Notes under the pieces: generated by a model
Told to the model about the DNA's origin: nothing
Seen by the model: the letters and a program-made list of their open reading frames with translations, nothing else
Database searches by the model: none
Source of the DNA: Polyangiaceae bacterium
Lineage (GTDB): Bacteria > Myxococcota_A > Polyangia > Polyangiales > Polyangiaceae
DNA length: 64,000 bases
NCBI GenBank assembly: GCA_044222475.1
Contig: JBGANF010000010.1
Location: forward strand, 1 to 64,000
Reading direction: 5' to 3'
Program-made: the position numbers and the translations under genes
Shown: piece by piece, positions 1-8,532 of the stretch
How the letters are laid out: each line of letters begins with the position of its first letter
How positions within the stretch are numbered: position 1 is the stretch's first letter

Positions 1-567
1 GTGCTCTACCGCACGCGCGAGCTGCGTCGGCTCCAGTTCTGCGCCTACGGCGATTGGCCCGGCGGACTGTGGGCGTCGCCGACCGCTTCGGGTACGAGAC
101 CGGGCGGGCCCATCGCGGCGGCGTGGGCGGTCATGAACTACCTCGGTGAAGAGGGGTACATGCGGATCGCCAAGCAGAGCCTGGAGACGGCGCGCGCGAT
201 CATGGACGGCATCCGGGCGATTCCGGGGCTCCGCGTCCTCGGTGAGCCGCACGGCAGCATCTTCGCGTTCGCCCCGGCGGAGGGGTCCGACGTCGACGCC
301 TACGTCCTCGCCGACGCGATGACTGCGCGCGGCTGGCACGTCGACCGGCAGCAGTTCCCGCCGAGCCTCCACATGATGATCACGCCGGCGCACGCACCGC
401 ACGTGGCCGAGCTGGTGTCGGATCTGACGGCCGCCACCACCGAGGTGCGCGGAAAACCGGCCATCGAGGGGTCCGCGGCGATGTACGGGATGATGGGGAC
501 GCTGCCCGACCGCGCGCAGGTGAAGGAGTTCCTGATTCAGTTCTTGGACAGCCTCGACGCGCCTTGA
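1..567 (+). CDS. PLP-dependent sphingosine-1-phosphate lyase-like protein (group II decarboxylase family), 5'-truncated by the window edge
   Basis: C-terminal motifs LYR...QF...DWPGGLWASPTASGTRPGGPIAAAWAVM and GW...QFPPSLH...AAMYGM resemble S1P lyases. Confidence 0.75.
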   Translation: MLYRTRELRRLQFCAYGDWPGGLWASPTASGTRPGGPIAAAWAVMNYLGEEGYMRIAKQSLETARAIMDGIRAIPGLRVLGEPHGSIFAFAPAEGSDVDAYVLADAMTARGWHVDRQQFPPSLHMMITPAHAPHVAELVSDLTAATTEVRGKPAIEGSAAMYGMMGTLPDRAQVKEFLIQFLDSLDAP

Positions 568-583
568 TTACCAGAGGGAGACG

Positions 584-1597
584 ATGAAGTTTCGGAACCT
601 GTTCGATCTCGCGCGGCTCCCCTATTTCGAAGTGAAGGATGGACGGCTGATGCTCGCGGATCGGTCCCTCGGGCCGGTGTGCGACGTGCACACGCACCTG
701 GCCTTGGCATACGGGACGAAGGTTCGCGTCGACCTGATGCGCGAGACCGAAGGCGCGGAGCTCTACCTCCGCGGCGACAAGCCGATCGACTTCGACGTCT
801 ACATGAACAAGAACTACGCGCCGCACGACCTCGTGGCGATCGAGCGCGACATGACGCGCGAGGTGCGCGGCCCGAATGGCATGCGGGCGACGCACACCAT
901 CCCGAACCTCCTGCGCGACATGGATGACGTCGGGGTCACGCGCAGCGTGTTGCTCCCCATCGATTTTCCGGTGTTCTCCCACAACTCGGAGACGTGGCTC
1001 GACCTGACCCGCAACAAGCCTGGCTTCGTGTGCTTCGGGAGCGTGCACCCGTACCGTTTTGGGATGCGGGCCAAGGTCGATGCGCTGGTGAACATGGGGG
1101 CGCGCGGGCTGAAGTATCACCCCGCGGTGCAGATGGTCGGCCCCGACGACCGGCGCGCGATGAAGCTGTTTCGACTCGCCGGGGAGCGCGGGCTGCCCAT
1201 TCTGTTCCACTGCGGTCCGGTCGACATCGAGACGAAGCTGGGGCGGCGGCTCAGCCAGGTGAAGCGCTACGAGAAGGCGCTGGCGGAGAACCCGCACACG
1301 ACGTTCGTCCTCGGGCACTCGGGGGCGCTGCAGATGAACGAGGCGATCGCCTTCGCGAAGAAGTACGACAACGTCTACTACGAGATCGCGAGCCAGAGCC
1401 TGCCGGCGGTGCAGAAGCTCATCGAGACGTTGCCGCCCGGACGGCTCATGTGCGGCTCGGATTGGCCCTTCTATCACCTGGCGATCCCCATCGCGAAGAT
1501 CCTCCTCGCGACCGAGAAGGATCCCGTCGCGCGAAGAGCGGTGCTCTACGACAACGCGGCGAGGTTGTTCGGTCTGCCTGCGCGCGCCGCGGCTTAG
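584..1597 (+). CDS. Amidohydrolase_2 family metal-dependent hydrolase
   Basis: DVHTH metal motif, GLKYHP, ILFHCG, VLGHSG and GSDWPF motifs; RBS AGGGAG upstream. Confidence 0.85.
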   Translation: MKFRNLFDLARLPYFEVKDGRLMLADRSLGPVCDVHTHLALAYGTKVRVDLMRETEGAELYLRGDKPIDFDVYMNKNYAPHDLVAIERDMTREVRGPNGMRATHTIPNLLRDMDDVGVTRSVLLPIDFPVFSHNSETWLDLTRNKPGFVCFGSVHPYRFGMRAKVDALVNMGARGLKYHPAVQMVGPDDRRAMKLFRLAGERGLPILFHCGPVDIETKLGRRLSQVKRYEKALAENPHTTFVLGHSGALQMNEAIAFAKKYDNVYYEIASQSLPAVQKLIETLPPGRLMCGSDWPFYHLAIPIAKILLATEKDPVARRAVLYDNAARLFGLPARAAA

Positions 1598-1631
1598 GTC
1601 GCCCGGGCGGTGATACGCTGGGCGAAACGCG

Positions 1632-2129
1632 ATGGCAAAAGACACCATCCTCGTCGAGCCGCTCACCCGCGCGGCGTTCGCACCGTTCGGCCAGGTCATC
1701 GAGCTCGAAGGCGCCGAGCACTTTTCCATCAACGCCGGGGCCGCCGAGCGGTACCACGCGCTCGCCGCGGTCGAGGTGCGCGGAGAAAGCGCCCACGCGG
1801 TGATCTCCCTCGTGCGGGGAAGGCCTCGCTCGCTGCCACTGGTGCTCTCGTTCGTCGAGCGCCACCCGCTCGGGAGCCAGGCGTTCCACCCGCTCTCGCA
1901 GCATCCGTTCCTCGTCGTCGTCGCTCCCGACGAGGGCGGGAAGCCCGGCCGCCCGCGCGCGTTCCGCACGTCGCCCGGGCAAGGCGTCAACTACGCCGCC
2001 GGCACCTGGCACGGCATCCTCGCGCCGCTCGAGGCCGAGTGCGACTTCCTCGTCGTCGACCGCACCGGCGACGGGGACAACTGCGAAGAGCACCACTTCG
2101 CCGAGCCGTGGACGATCGTCGCGACGTGA
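1632..2129 (+). CDS. allA: Ureidoglycolate lyase
   Basis: EPLT.AAFAPFG.VIE, ERHPLGSQAF.P, GQGVNY..GTWH, DFLVVDR.G...NCEE are typical AllA motifs. Confidence 0.9.
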   Translation: MAKDTILVEPLTRAAFAPFGQVIELEGAEHFSINAGAAERYHALAAVEVRGESAHAVISLVRGRPRSLPLVLSFVERHPLGSQAFHPLSQHPFLVVVAPDEGGKPGRPRAFRTSPGQGVNYAAGTWHGILAPLEAECDFLVVDRTGDGDNCEEHHFAEPWTIVAT

Positions 2130-2132
2130 TCG

Positions 2133-2339
2133 TCACTTGTTCGCATGGCGGACGCGGAGATCCTTCGTCGAGTCGAAGAGCGCATCGCACTTGATGCAGC
2201 GAAAGCTGACCCGCGTCGGGATGGCGGTCCCACCCCACGCAGCGTAGAGGTTGCCCAAGAACGAGTAGTCGCACTCGGGAACCGCGTGGCGATCGTGACG
2301 CGTCGTGCCGCACGGGCAGAATCGGGACCTTCCGGCCAT
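2133..2339 (-). CDS. Small putative Zn-binding protein (68 aa)
   Basis: ATG at 2339 within ORF 2133..2900; MAGRSRFCPCG...H..H...FRCIKC; fills the gap between allA and the next gene. Confidence 0.55.
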   Translation of the reverse strand: MAGRSRFCPCGTTRHDRHAVPECDYSFLGNLYAAWGGTAIPTRVSFRCIKCDALFDSTKDLRVRHANK

Positions 2340-2377
2340 TCGATGCACGTAGGGCGCATCGTTCGCGGGACAAGCGG

Positions 2378-2971
2378 TCATTTGCCGCGCGCAAGCCAGG
2401 CTTCGACGATCGGCCGCACGTCGAGCGCATGGGCGAACACCGGACCGACGTCGCGGAGGACCAACCTGGTTCGGCTCGTGCGGCCGGACCGAGAGTACGT
2501 CACGCCCTCGATCGACGCGCGCGGGTAGAAGCGGAGGTCGTCGTCGTCGGTCGCGACGCCCTGGACCACGAGCGCTCCACCATCCGACAAGTAGAGACCC
2601 TTCCGATGCACGGCGGTTCGACTGCGGCCGGCATCGGCGCGAGAGCTGCTCCGCGCCGCCCAGACGCCGAGCGCGAGCGCAGTGATGCCACATACGAGCA
2701 GCACGCCCGGCCACGGCGGGTGGTCGCCCCAGAGGGAGTACGCCCCATAGAAGGCGCTGAGCGAGAGCGGTAGAAGGAACGTCGCCAGCCGCGAAGCGGG
2801 CGTGTGCCGGGTCTCGCGGACGGACTGCTCGATGTGCGACGGGATGAACGTCACTCCGTCCAGGACGGCGTGCTCGACCCCTGACGGCCCTCGGTCCCAC
2901 GCGAAGCCCGGCTCGCCCTGCGCGGCCTCGAAGCGCTTCACGATCTCACCGTGGGCATCGACCGCCGGCAT
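2378..2971 (-). CDS. Hypothetical membrane protein (2 TM)
   Basis: Two hydrophobic segments (ATFLLPLSLSAFYGAYSLW; GVLLVCGITALALGVWA); starts 15 bp after the rSAM stop. Confidence 0.6.
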   Translation of the reverse strand: MPAVDAHGEIVKRFEAAQGEPGFAWDRGPSGVEHAVLDGVTFIPSHIEQSVRETRHTPASRLATFLLPLSLSAFYGAYSLWGDHPPWPGVLLVCGITALALGVWAARSSSRADAGRSRTAVHRKGLYLSDGGALVVQGVATDDDDLRFYPRASIEGVTYSRSGRTSRTRLVLRDVGPVFAHALDVRPIVEAWLARGK

Positions 2972-2986
2972 GCCGCGGATCCTAAC

Positions 2987-4177
2987 TCACACCATCGGCA
3001 GCCGCACCCGCTCCGAGCTCGCGGCGTCCTTCGGCTCCACTACGATCTCGAACTCGCCGTGGTCGAACGGCTTGCCCGGCGCGTTCGCGCGCTTCACGAC
3101 GCGCTCGCGAAGCCCCCGCGCGTCGTGCTCCAGCGCGCGGTGATGGCAGTACGGGTTGTTGCCCGGCTTTCCGAAGAACACGTGGCTCGTCCACGTGCAG
3201 CCCGCGCGGCACTCGTCGGCGTAGTAGCAATCCTTGCAGAATCCCCACAGATCGGCGGCCGTGCGGTCCCGCGTGTACCGGAGCTCCTTCGTCTCGTCCC
3301 AGATCTTCTGGAGCGACGACGTGCGCGAGCTCCCACCGCCGTAGGCCTCGGTCGGGAGCGACGGGCATCCCTTGATGGTACCGTCGCTCTCGATCCCCAT
3401 CGCGCGCGTGCCCGCAGGGCAGCCCGTCCAGTGGAAGTCCATCTCGACGCCGCGCCCGCGAAGCACCGCTTCGTGGGGACCGAAGTAGCCGATGTTGTTC
3501 GCCGGCCAGATCATCACGCCGCCAGCGTGCGCGCGCTCGGCCAACGCGGCCAGCTTGGGGTAGAGCTCGAGCAGCTCGTACGGCTGAAAGAGCCAGTCGG
3601 GGCGCTCTGCTGCGCGCCCCATCGGCACCGTGAGCTGCACCTGCCAGCCGCGCACCTTCTTCTCGATCAACAGGTCGACCAGCGCATCGAGCTGCGGAAG
3701 CGAGAGACGATTGAGCTGCGTGTTCACGTCGAGCGTGAGCCCCGCCGCGCGAAGGTTCTCCAGCGCGGTGAGCGCGGCATCGAAGCTGCCCTGCAGCCCG
3801 CGTTGGAGATCGTGAGCTTCGCGCATCCCATCGAGGGACACCGAGATCGCCGACATCCCTGCGTCCTTCGCCATGCGAGCGCGCTCGGCCGTCATCCCGC
3901 GCCCACCCGTGGTCATGCTGCAGCGCATGCCGCGATCGACGATCGCGCGGGCGATCACCGGCCAATCGTCGCGGAGGTACGCTTCGCCGCCGATCAACGT
4001 GATCTCGCGGGCCCCCATCTCCGCGAGCTGGCGAACCACGTCGAGCGCTTCCTCGGTGCGGAGCTCGTCCGAGCGCGGCTTGCCGGCCCGCGAGCCGCAG
4101 TGGCCACACGAGAGGTCACAGCGGAGCGTGATCTCCCAGACGACGTACGTCGGTCTGGCTTCCGCGGACGAGGTCAA
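2987..4177 (-). CDS. Radical SAM/SPASM peptide or protein maturase, PlpX/splicease-like
   Basis: VWEITLRCDLSCGHCGSRAG (CxxxCxxC), LIGGE, SPASM CPAG..GIESDGTIKGCPSL and LWGFCKDCYYADECRAGCTW...GNNPYCHHRAL; TTG start at 4177 overlaps the upstream TGA (TTGA). Confidence 0.9.
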   Translation of the reverse strand: MTSSAEARPTYVVWEITLRCDLSCGHCGSRAGKPRSDELRTEEALDVVRQLAEMGAREITLIGGEAYLRDDWPVIARAIVDRGMRCSMTTGGRGMTAERARMAKDAGMSAISVSLDGMREAHDLQRGLQGSFDAALTALENLRAAGLTLDVNTQLNRLSLPQLDALVDLLIEKKVRGWQVQLTVPMGRAAERPDWLFQPYELLELYPKLAALAERAHAGGVMIWPANNIGYFGPHEAVLRGRGVEMDFHWTGCPAGTRAMGIESDGTIKGCPSLPTEAYGGGSSRTSSLQKIWDETKELRYTRDRTAADLWGFCKDCYYADECRAGCTWTSHVFFGKPGNNPYCHHRALEHDARGLRERVVKRANAPGKPFDHGEFEIVVEPKDAASSERVRLPMV

Positions 4178-4521
4178 CCGCCGCCGTCTTGAGCGTCGAG
4201 CGCGGCGTCGGTCGTGCCACTCTCTTTGGCATCGGGGCTGGCGTCGATCACCGGAGCGTCCACCGGCGAGTCGACCGGCGCGTCCTTCGAGCCGTCGACG
4301 ACGCTGACGTCCGGTTTCGACGCGTCGCGATCGTAGTAGTCGGGCGGCAAGCCGTAGGCGCAGCCGAGACCGACACCCATCGCCGCCACGCCGGCGGCGA
4401 CCGCGATGCCGTTCTTTCCGCGAGCGCGCGGCTTCGAGAGCATCGGCGCAGCGCAGAACGGGCAGGTCGACGAGGACGCCCTGACGTGACGTGAGCAGAA
4501 GGCGCATCGCACGAGCGACAT
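4174..4521 (-). CDS. Small Zn-ribbon/lipobox protein with AYG motif; candidate rSAM substrate
   Basis: CAFC..CPFC N-terminus, hydrophobic stretch ending GLGC, then AYGLPP and an acidic DA-rich tail; coupled to the rSAM gene. Confidence 0.8.
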   Translation of the reverse strand: MSLVRCAFCSRHVRASSSTCPFCAAPMLSKPRARGKNGIAVAAGVAAMGVGLGCAYGLPPDYYDRDASKPDVSVVDGSKDAPVDSPVDAPVIDASPDAKESGTTDAALDAQDGGG

Positions 4522-4527
4522 GGCGTC

Positions 4528-4533
4528 AGTCTA
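4528..4533 (-). promoter_or_regulatory. Putative -10 box (TAGACT) 6 nt before the ATG, suggesting a leaderless transcript
   Basis: Minus strand reads TAGACT-GACGCC-ATG; no Shine-Dalgarno. A weak GG-N10-GC motif also lies at 4545-4558. Confidence 0.4.
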
Positions 4534-4592
4534 TCAGCGTTCGGGCAGCTTGCATGCCCTCTGCTGAATCGCAGACCCGCCCCGCTCCGCGC

Positions 4593-6290
4593 TCAGTCCG
4601 CCATCGTCACGCGGAGGATCTCTTCGGTCGTGGTCACACCGTCGAGGACCTTTTGGATCCCGCTCATGCGGAGGGTCATCATGCCGTTCTTGATCGCACC
4701 CATCTTGAGCTCGGCGGCCGACGAGCCGCCGAGGACCATCTCCTTGAGCGCGTCGTTGAAGCGCATGACCTCGTAGAGCGCCACGCGTCCCTTGTAGCCG
4801 CTGTTGTTGCAGGTGCGGCAGCCCGCGCCCTTCATCAGCTTGGCCTTGGCGATCTGTTCGTCGCTGAAGCCGATGTCCTTGAGCGCGGTGGTCTCCACCA
4901 CGGTCGGCGCCTTGCAGTCGACGCAGATCTTCCGCGCGAGACGTTGGGCAAGGACGAGATTGACGCTGGCAGTGATGAGGAACGGCTCGACGCCCATGTT
5001 GAGCAATCGGAAGATCGTCGCCGGGGCGTCGTTCGTGTGGAGCGTCGAGAGGACCATGTGGCCGGTGAGCGCGGCCTTGACCGCGATTTCCGCGGTCTCG
5101 AAGTCTCGAATCTCGCCGACCATGATGATGTCGGGGTCCTGCCGGAGGAACGAGCGCAGCGCGCCGGCGAAGTTGAGCCCGATCTCGTCGTGGATCTGCA
5201 CTTGGTTGATGCCGTGGAGGTTGTACTCGACCGGATCTTCCGCGGTGCTGATGTTGTGCGCCGGCTTGTTGAGATCGCTGAGCGCCGAGTAGAGCGTCGT
5301 CGTCTTGCCCGAGCCGGTGGGGCCGGTGACGAGCACCATCCCCCACGGCTGGTGAATCGCCCACATGAAGTCCTCGAGCGGCTTCGGATCGAAGCCGAGC
5401 TTCGACATGTCGAGCTGGAGGTTCCCCTTGTCGAGGAGGCGGAGGACGATCTTCTCGCCCCAGATCGTCGGGAGGACGCTGACGCGGAAGTCCATCTCTC
5501 GGCCTTTGCCGAGCTTGAGCTTGATGCGCCCGTCTTGCGGGAGCCGGCGCTCGGCGATGTCGAGCTGGCTCATGATCTTGATGCGCGAGGCGATCGCCGC
5601 CTTCCACTTGAGCGGCGGCTGCATCTCTTCGAGGAGCACGCCGTCGACGCGGTAGCGCACGCGGAGCTTCTTCTCGTACGGCTCGATGTGGATGTCGCTC
5701 GCGCCCTTCTTGATCGCGTTGACGAGGATCATCGTGCAGAGCTTGACGACCGGTGCGTCCTCGCTCTGCTTCTCGAGCTCCAGGACGTTGAGGTCGTCGG
5801 CCTCGCTCGTGAAGTCGATCTCGTTCTCGTCGAAGCCGGCGAGCACCTCGTCGTACGATGGACCAATGTTGTAGTAGCGCTCGATCGCGCCGAGGATCGC
5901 GGACTCGCTGGCGATGACCGGCTCGACGTTGAAGCCGGTGAGGAACTTCAGGTCGTCGATGGCGTTGAGGTTCGTCGGGTCCGCCATGGCGACGACGAGC
6001 GAGCTGCCGGCGCGCGAGACCGGGAGGACCTTGTGCTTCTCGCACTGCTCCTTGGCGACGAGCTTGAGGATGTCGGCGTCGATCTCGTACTCGTCGAGGT
6101 TGATCGTCGGGACGCGGTACTGCTGCGAGAGGAAGTTCGTGATCTCGCCGTCGGAGATGTATCCGAGCTTCGCCAGCGTGTACCCGAGGTTCTGCCCCGA
6201 ACGCTGCTGCTCTTCTTGCGCCTGCCTCAGCTGCGCGAGGCTGATCAACTTTTCGCGGACGAGAAGCTCACCGAGTCGATGGTTCGCCAT
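4593..6290 (-). CDS. pilB: Type IV-A pilus assembly ATPase PilB
   Basis: RLGELLV N-terminus, ASDIHIEP, GPTGSGKTTT Walker A, EDPVE, LRQDPDIIMVGEIRD, tetracysteine motif; ATG at 6290. Confidence 0.95.
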   Translation of the reverse strand: MANHRLGELLVREKLISLAQLRQAQEEQQRSGQNLGYTLAKLGYISDGEITNFLSQQYRVPTINLDEYEIDADILKLVAKEQCEKHKVLPVSRAGSSLVVAMADPTNLNAIDDLKFLTGFNVEPVIASESAILGAIERYYNIGPSYDEVLAGFDENEIDFTSEADDLNVLELEKQSEDAPVVKLCTMILVNAIKKGASDIHIEPYEKKLRVRYRVDGVLLEEMQPPLKWKAAIASRIKIMSQLDIAERRLPQDGRIKLKLGKGREMDFRVSVLPTIWGEKIVLRLLDKGNLQLDMSKLGFDPKPLEDFMWAIHQPWGMVLVTGPTGSGKTTTLYSALSDLNKPAHNISTAEDPVEYNLHGINQVQIHDEIGLNFAGALRSFLRQDPDIIMVGEIRDFETAEIAVKAALTGHMVLSTLHTNDAPATIFRLLNMGVEPFLITASVNLVLAQRLARKICVDCKAPTVVETTALKDIGFSDEQIAKAKLMKGAGCRTCNNSGYKGRVALYEVMRFNDALKEMVLGGSSAAELKMGAIKNGMMTLRMSGIQKVLDGVTTTEEILRVTMAD

Positions 6291-6385
6291 GAAGCCTGAT
6301 CCCACACCCTCTTTCACGTCGCGTCAAGCAACGCCCGCAGGTGGTACGCTGCGACTCGCCTGCCTCTCGTCGAGGCCGGCGACCG

Positions 6386-7582
6386 ATGGGCGTCTTCGAT
6401 TTCCTCAAGAAAAAGGGGGGCGGCGCTGCTCGCGCTGCTCGCCAGGCGGAGCTGAAGGGCGACCTCGTGAAGGCGGTCGAGCTCTACGTGGAGGCGTCGG
6501 CTCCGGAGGAAGCCGCCCGCGTGATGCTCCTCCGAGGCGACGCCGAGACGGACGACCGCGCGCGCCTCCAGCTCTACGTGCAAGCCGTCGGGCTCGCGCC
6601 GGAGGCTCACCCGATCGCCGCAGAAGCCCGAAAGAAGCGAGCCGCGTTGCTCGTCGCTCAGTTGACCGCTTCGTGCGGTGGCGCCGGCACCGGACCAGCG
6701 TCGGCGGCGGCCAAGCGCGAGCTCGTCTTCGCCGCGAAGGAGCTCCTCGCGGTGGGCGAAGCGACCGCTGCGGCCGAGGCATTTCGCCTCGCCGGCGACC
6801 GCGAGGGCGAAGCGAAAGCGCTCGCGCAATCCGGCGACGTCGAACGGCTCGAGTTCCTGCTCACCGAAGATCAGGTGACGGCGAGAGCCAAGCAGGAGCG
6901 CAAGGATCTCTCGAGCGACCTCGAGGTCTCCGTCGCATCCGGACGGCGGCGCGAGGCCCTCGCCGCCGCGGAGAAATGGCTCGCCACCCACCCCGACGAC
7001 GGCCCGATGCGCGAGCGCGCGCTCCAGATCAAGTCGCGGCGTGCGCTCGGCCCCATCGCGCAGCTCCGCCTTCACGGCGAGAAGACGCCGGTCGTGCTCG
7101 GGAGCGAGGTCGTCATCGGTCGGACCGAGGGAACGCTGCGCGTCCCTTCGGCGGCGGTGAGCCGCACGCACGTCCGCATCGCGCGAGAGGCCGGCGTGAT
7201 CGTCGTCCGCGACCTCGGGAGTCGAAACGGCACCCAGCTTCGGGGCATGAACATCGTGGGCGCATTGCCAGTCGGCGACGGAATCGATCTCACGCTCGGA
7301 AAAGAGGTGCGGGTTCGCGTCGCACCGGCCCAAGCCATGGCCGGAGCGGTGACGATCGAGATCGGCGGCGAGCGGTACGTGGCGCCCATCGGCGCAGGGA
7401 AGCTGCCGGGCCTCGGCTGGGAGCTCCGCGAAGGCGACGGCGCATGGATCGAGCTCCACTGCGCCGAAGAGTCGGCGTTCTTCGGGGACGTGAGCCTCGT
7501 CCCGGTCACCACGCTGTTGGTCGGCGACGTGATCGCCGCCGAACGCGGCGGTCCGGAGGTCCTGCGCATCGTCGGTGAGTGA
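6386..7582 (+). CDS. FHA domain protein with N-terminal helical repeat region
   Basis: FHA signature IGR...VSRTH...VRDLGSRNGT; ATG at 6386 (MGVFDFLKKK). Confidence 0.85.
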   Translation: MGVFDFLKKKGGGAARAARQAELKGDLVKAVELYVEASAPEEAARVMLLRGDAETDDRARLQLYVQAVGLAPEAHPIAAEARKKRAALLVAQLTASCGGAGTGPASAAAKRELVFAAKELLAVGEATAAAEAFRLAGDREGEAKALAQSGDVERLEFLLTEDQVTARAKQERKDLSSDLEVSVASGRRREALAAAEKWLATHPDDGPMRERALQIKSRRALGPIAQLRLHGEKTPVVLGSEVVIGRTEGTLRVPSAAVSRTHVRIAREAGVIVVRDLGSRNGTQLRGMNIVGALPVGDGIDLTLGKEVRVRVAPAQAMAGAVTIEIGGERYVAPIGAGKLPGLGWELREGDGAWIELHCAEESAFFGDVSLVPVTTLLVGDVIAAERGGPEVLRIVGE

Positions 7583-7723
7583 GCGTGCGCCGCTGGATGG
7601 CGTGGTGTATCCGACGCAGTGGTCGATCAGGTGTCGGGCAACCTCGCGCCGCCGCCCGACGCAGGCCCCGACGCGAACGACGCCGGCACGAACGACGCCG
7701 CGAACGACGCCAAGGGGGACTGA
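7579..7723 (+). pseudogene. Probable disrupted small acidic peptide or lipoprotein gene (…VSGNLAPPPDAGPDANDAGTNDAANDAKGD*)
   Basis: Frame open 7583-7723 encodes a DAG-repeat tail like other lipoproteins in this window; GTG at 7579 gives a signal-like MSVRRWMAW in a different frame. Confidence 0.4.
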
Positions 7724-7725
7724 GC

Positions 7726-8532
7726 TTGCCCGCAGAGCTCTTCGAGCTCGAGCTCCTCGGCGAAGGCATCGAGCGGCGCTACCGCAAGATGCGCCCCGAG
7801 GTCGAAGCGATGCCGTGGGGCACGCTCGACGCCAGCAAGATCCCCGAGAAGGCGCGCATCCTCGCCCGCAAGGCGTGGACCGGCGCGGCCTATCAGGAGC
7901 ATCGTACCGGAGTGGGATGTTGCGCGACCCTGCGCGCTCTCATGGAGTGCCGCGCGCCGCTCGACCTCATCGCGATGGCGTCGCGGTTTCCGCTCGACGA
8001 GCTCGTGCACGTCGAGCTGTGCGCCCGCATGGCGATGGAGCTCGGCGGCGGCACCGAGATCGTCCACGACCCCGACGAGATGATCGCCGACGCCGATCCG
8101 AAGCTCTCCCCGCTCCTTCGCGCCGCCGACCTCACGATCCGCTTCTTCTGCGTCGGTGAGTCGCTCTCGATCCCCCTCCTCCGCGGCACGTGGAAGGCCG
8201 CCCGTCACCCGCTGCCCCGCGCCATCCTCGGGCGCATCGTCAAGGACGAGGCCGCTCACGGTACGTTCGGCTTCACCTTCCTCGACTGGGCGCTGCCCCA
8301 GCTCGACGACGAAGCCAAGGCCCACCTCGGGCGCCAGGCCGACCGCGCCATTCGCGGGGTGAAGCGCAACTGGGACCACATCCGGAAGACGGGCCACCGC
8401 ACGATGTACGAAGAGGCGGGCGACGCGTTGATGTGGATGCAGTCCGATCAGTACCTCGCGCTCGCGGAGCGATCGCTCGAGGAGCGCGTGCGGAAGCCGC
8501 TACGCGAGCGCGGCATCACGATCACGGAGTAG
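7726..8532 (+). CDS. Ferritin-like diiron carboxylate protein
   Basis: E(QEH)...DELVH...E(GES)...DEAAH ligand pattern; TTG start at 7726 after AAGGGGGA RBS. Confidence 0.75.
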   Translation: MPAELFELELLGEGIERRYRKMRPEVEAMPWGTLDASKIPEKARILARKAWTGAAYQEHRTGVGCCATLRALMECRAPLDLIAMASRFPLDELVHVELCARMAMELGGGTEIVHDPDEMIADADPKLSPLLRAADLTIRFFCVGESLSIPLLRGTWKAARHPLPRAILGRIVKDEAAHGTFGFTFLDWALPQLDDEAKAHLGRQADRAIRGVKRNWDHIRKTGHRTMYEEAGDALMWMQSDQYLALAERSLEERVRKPLRERGITITE

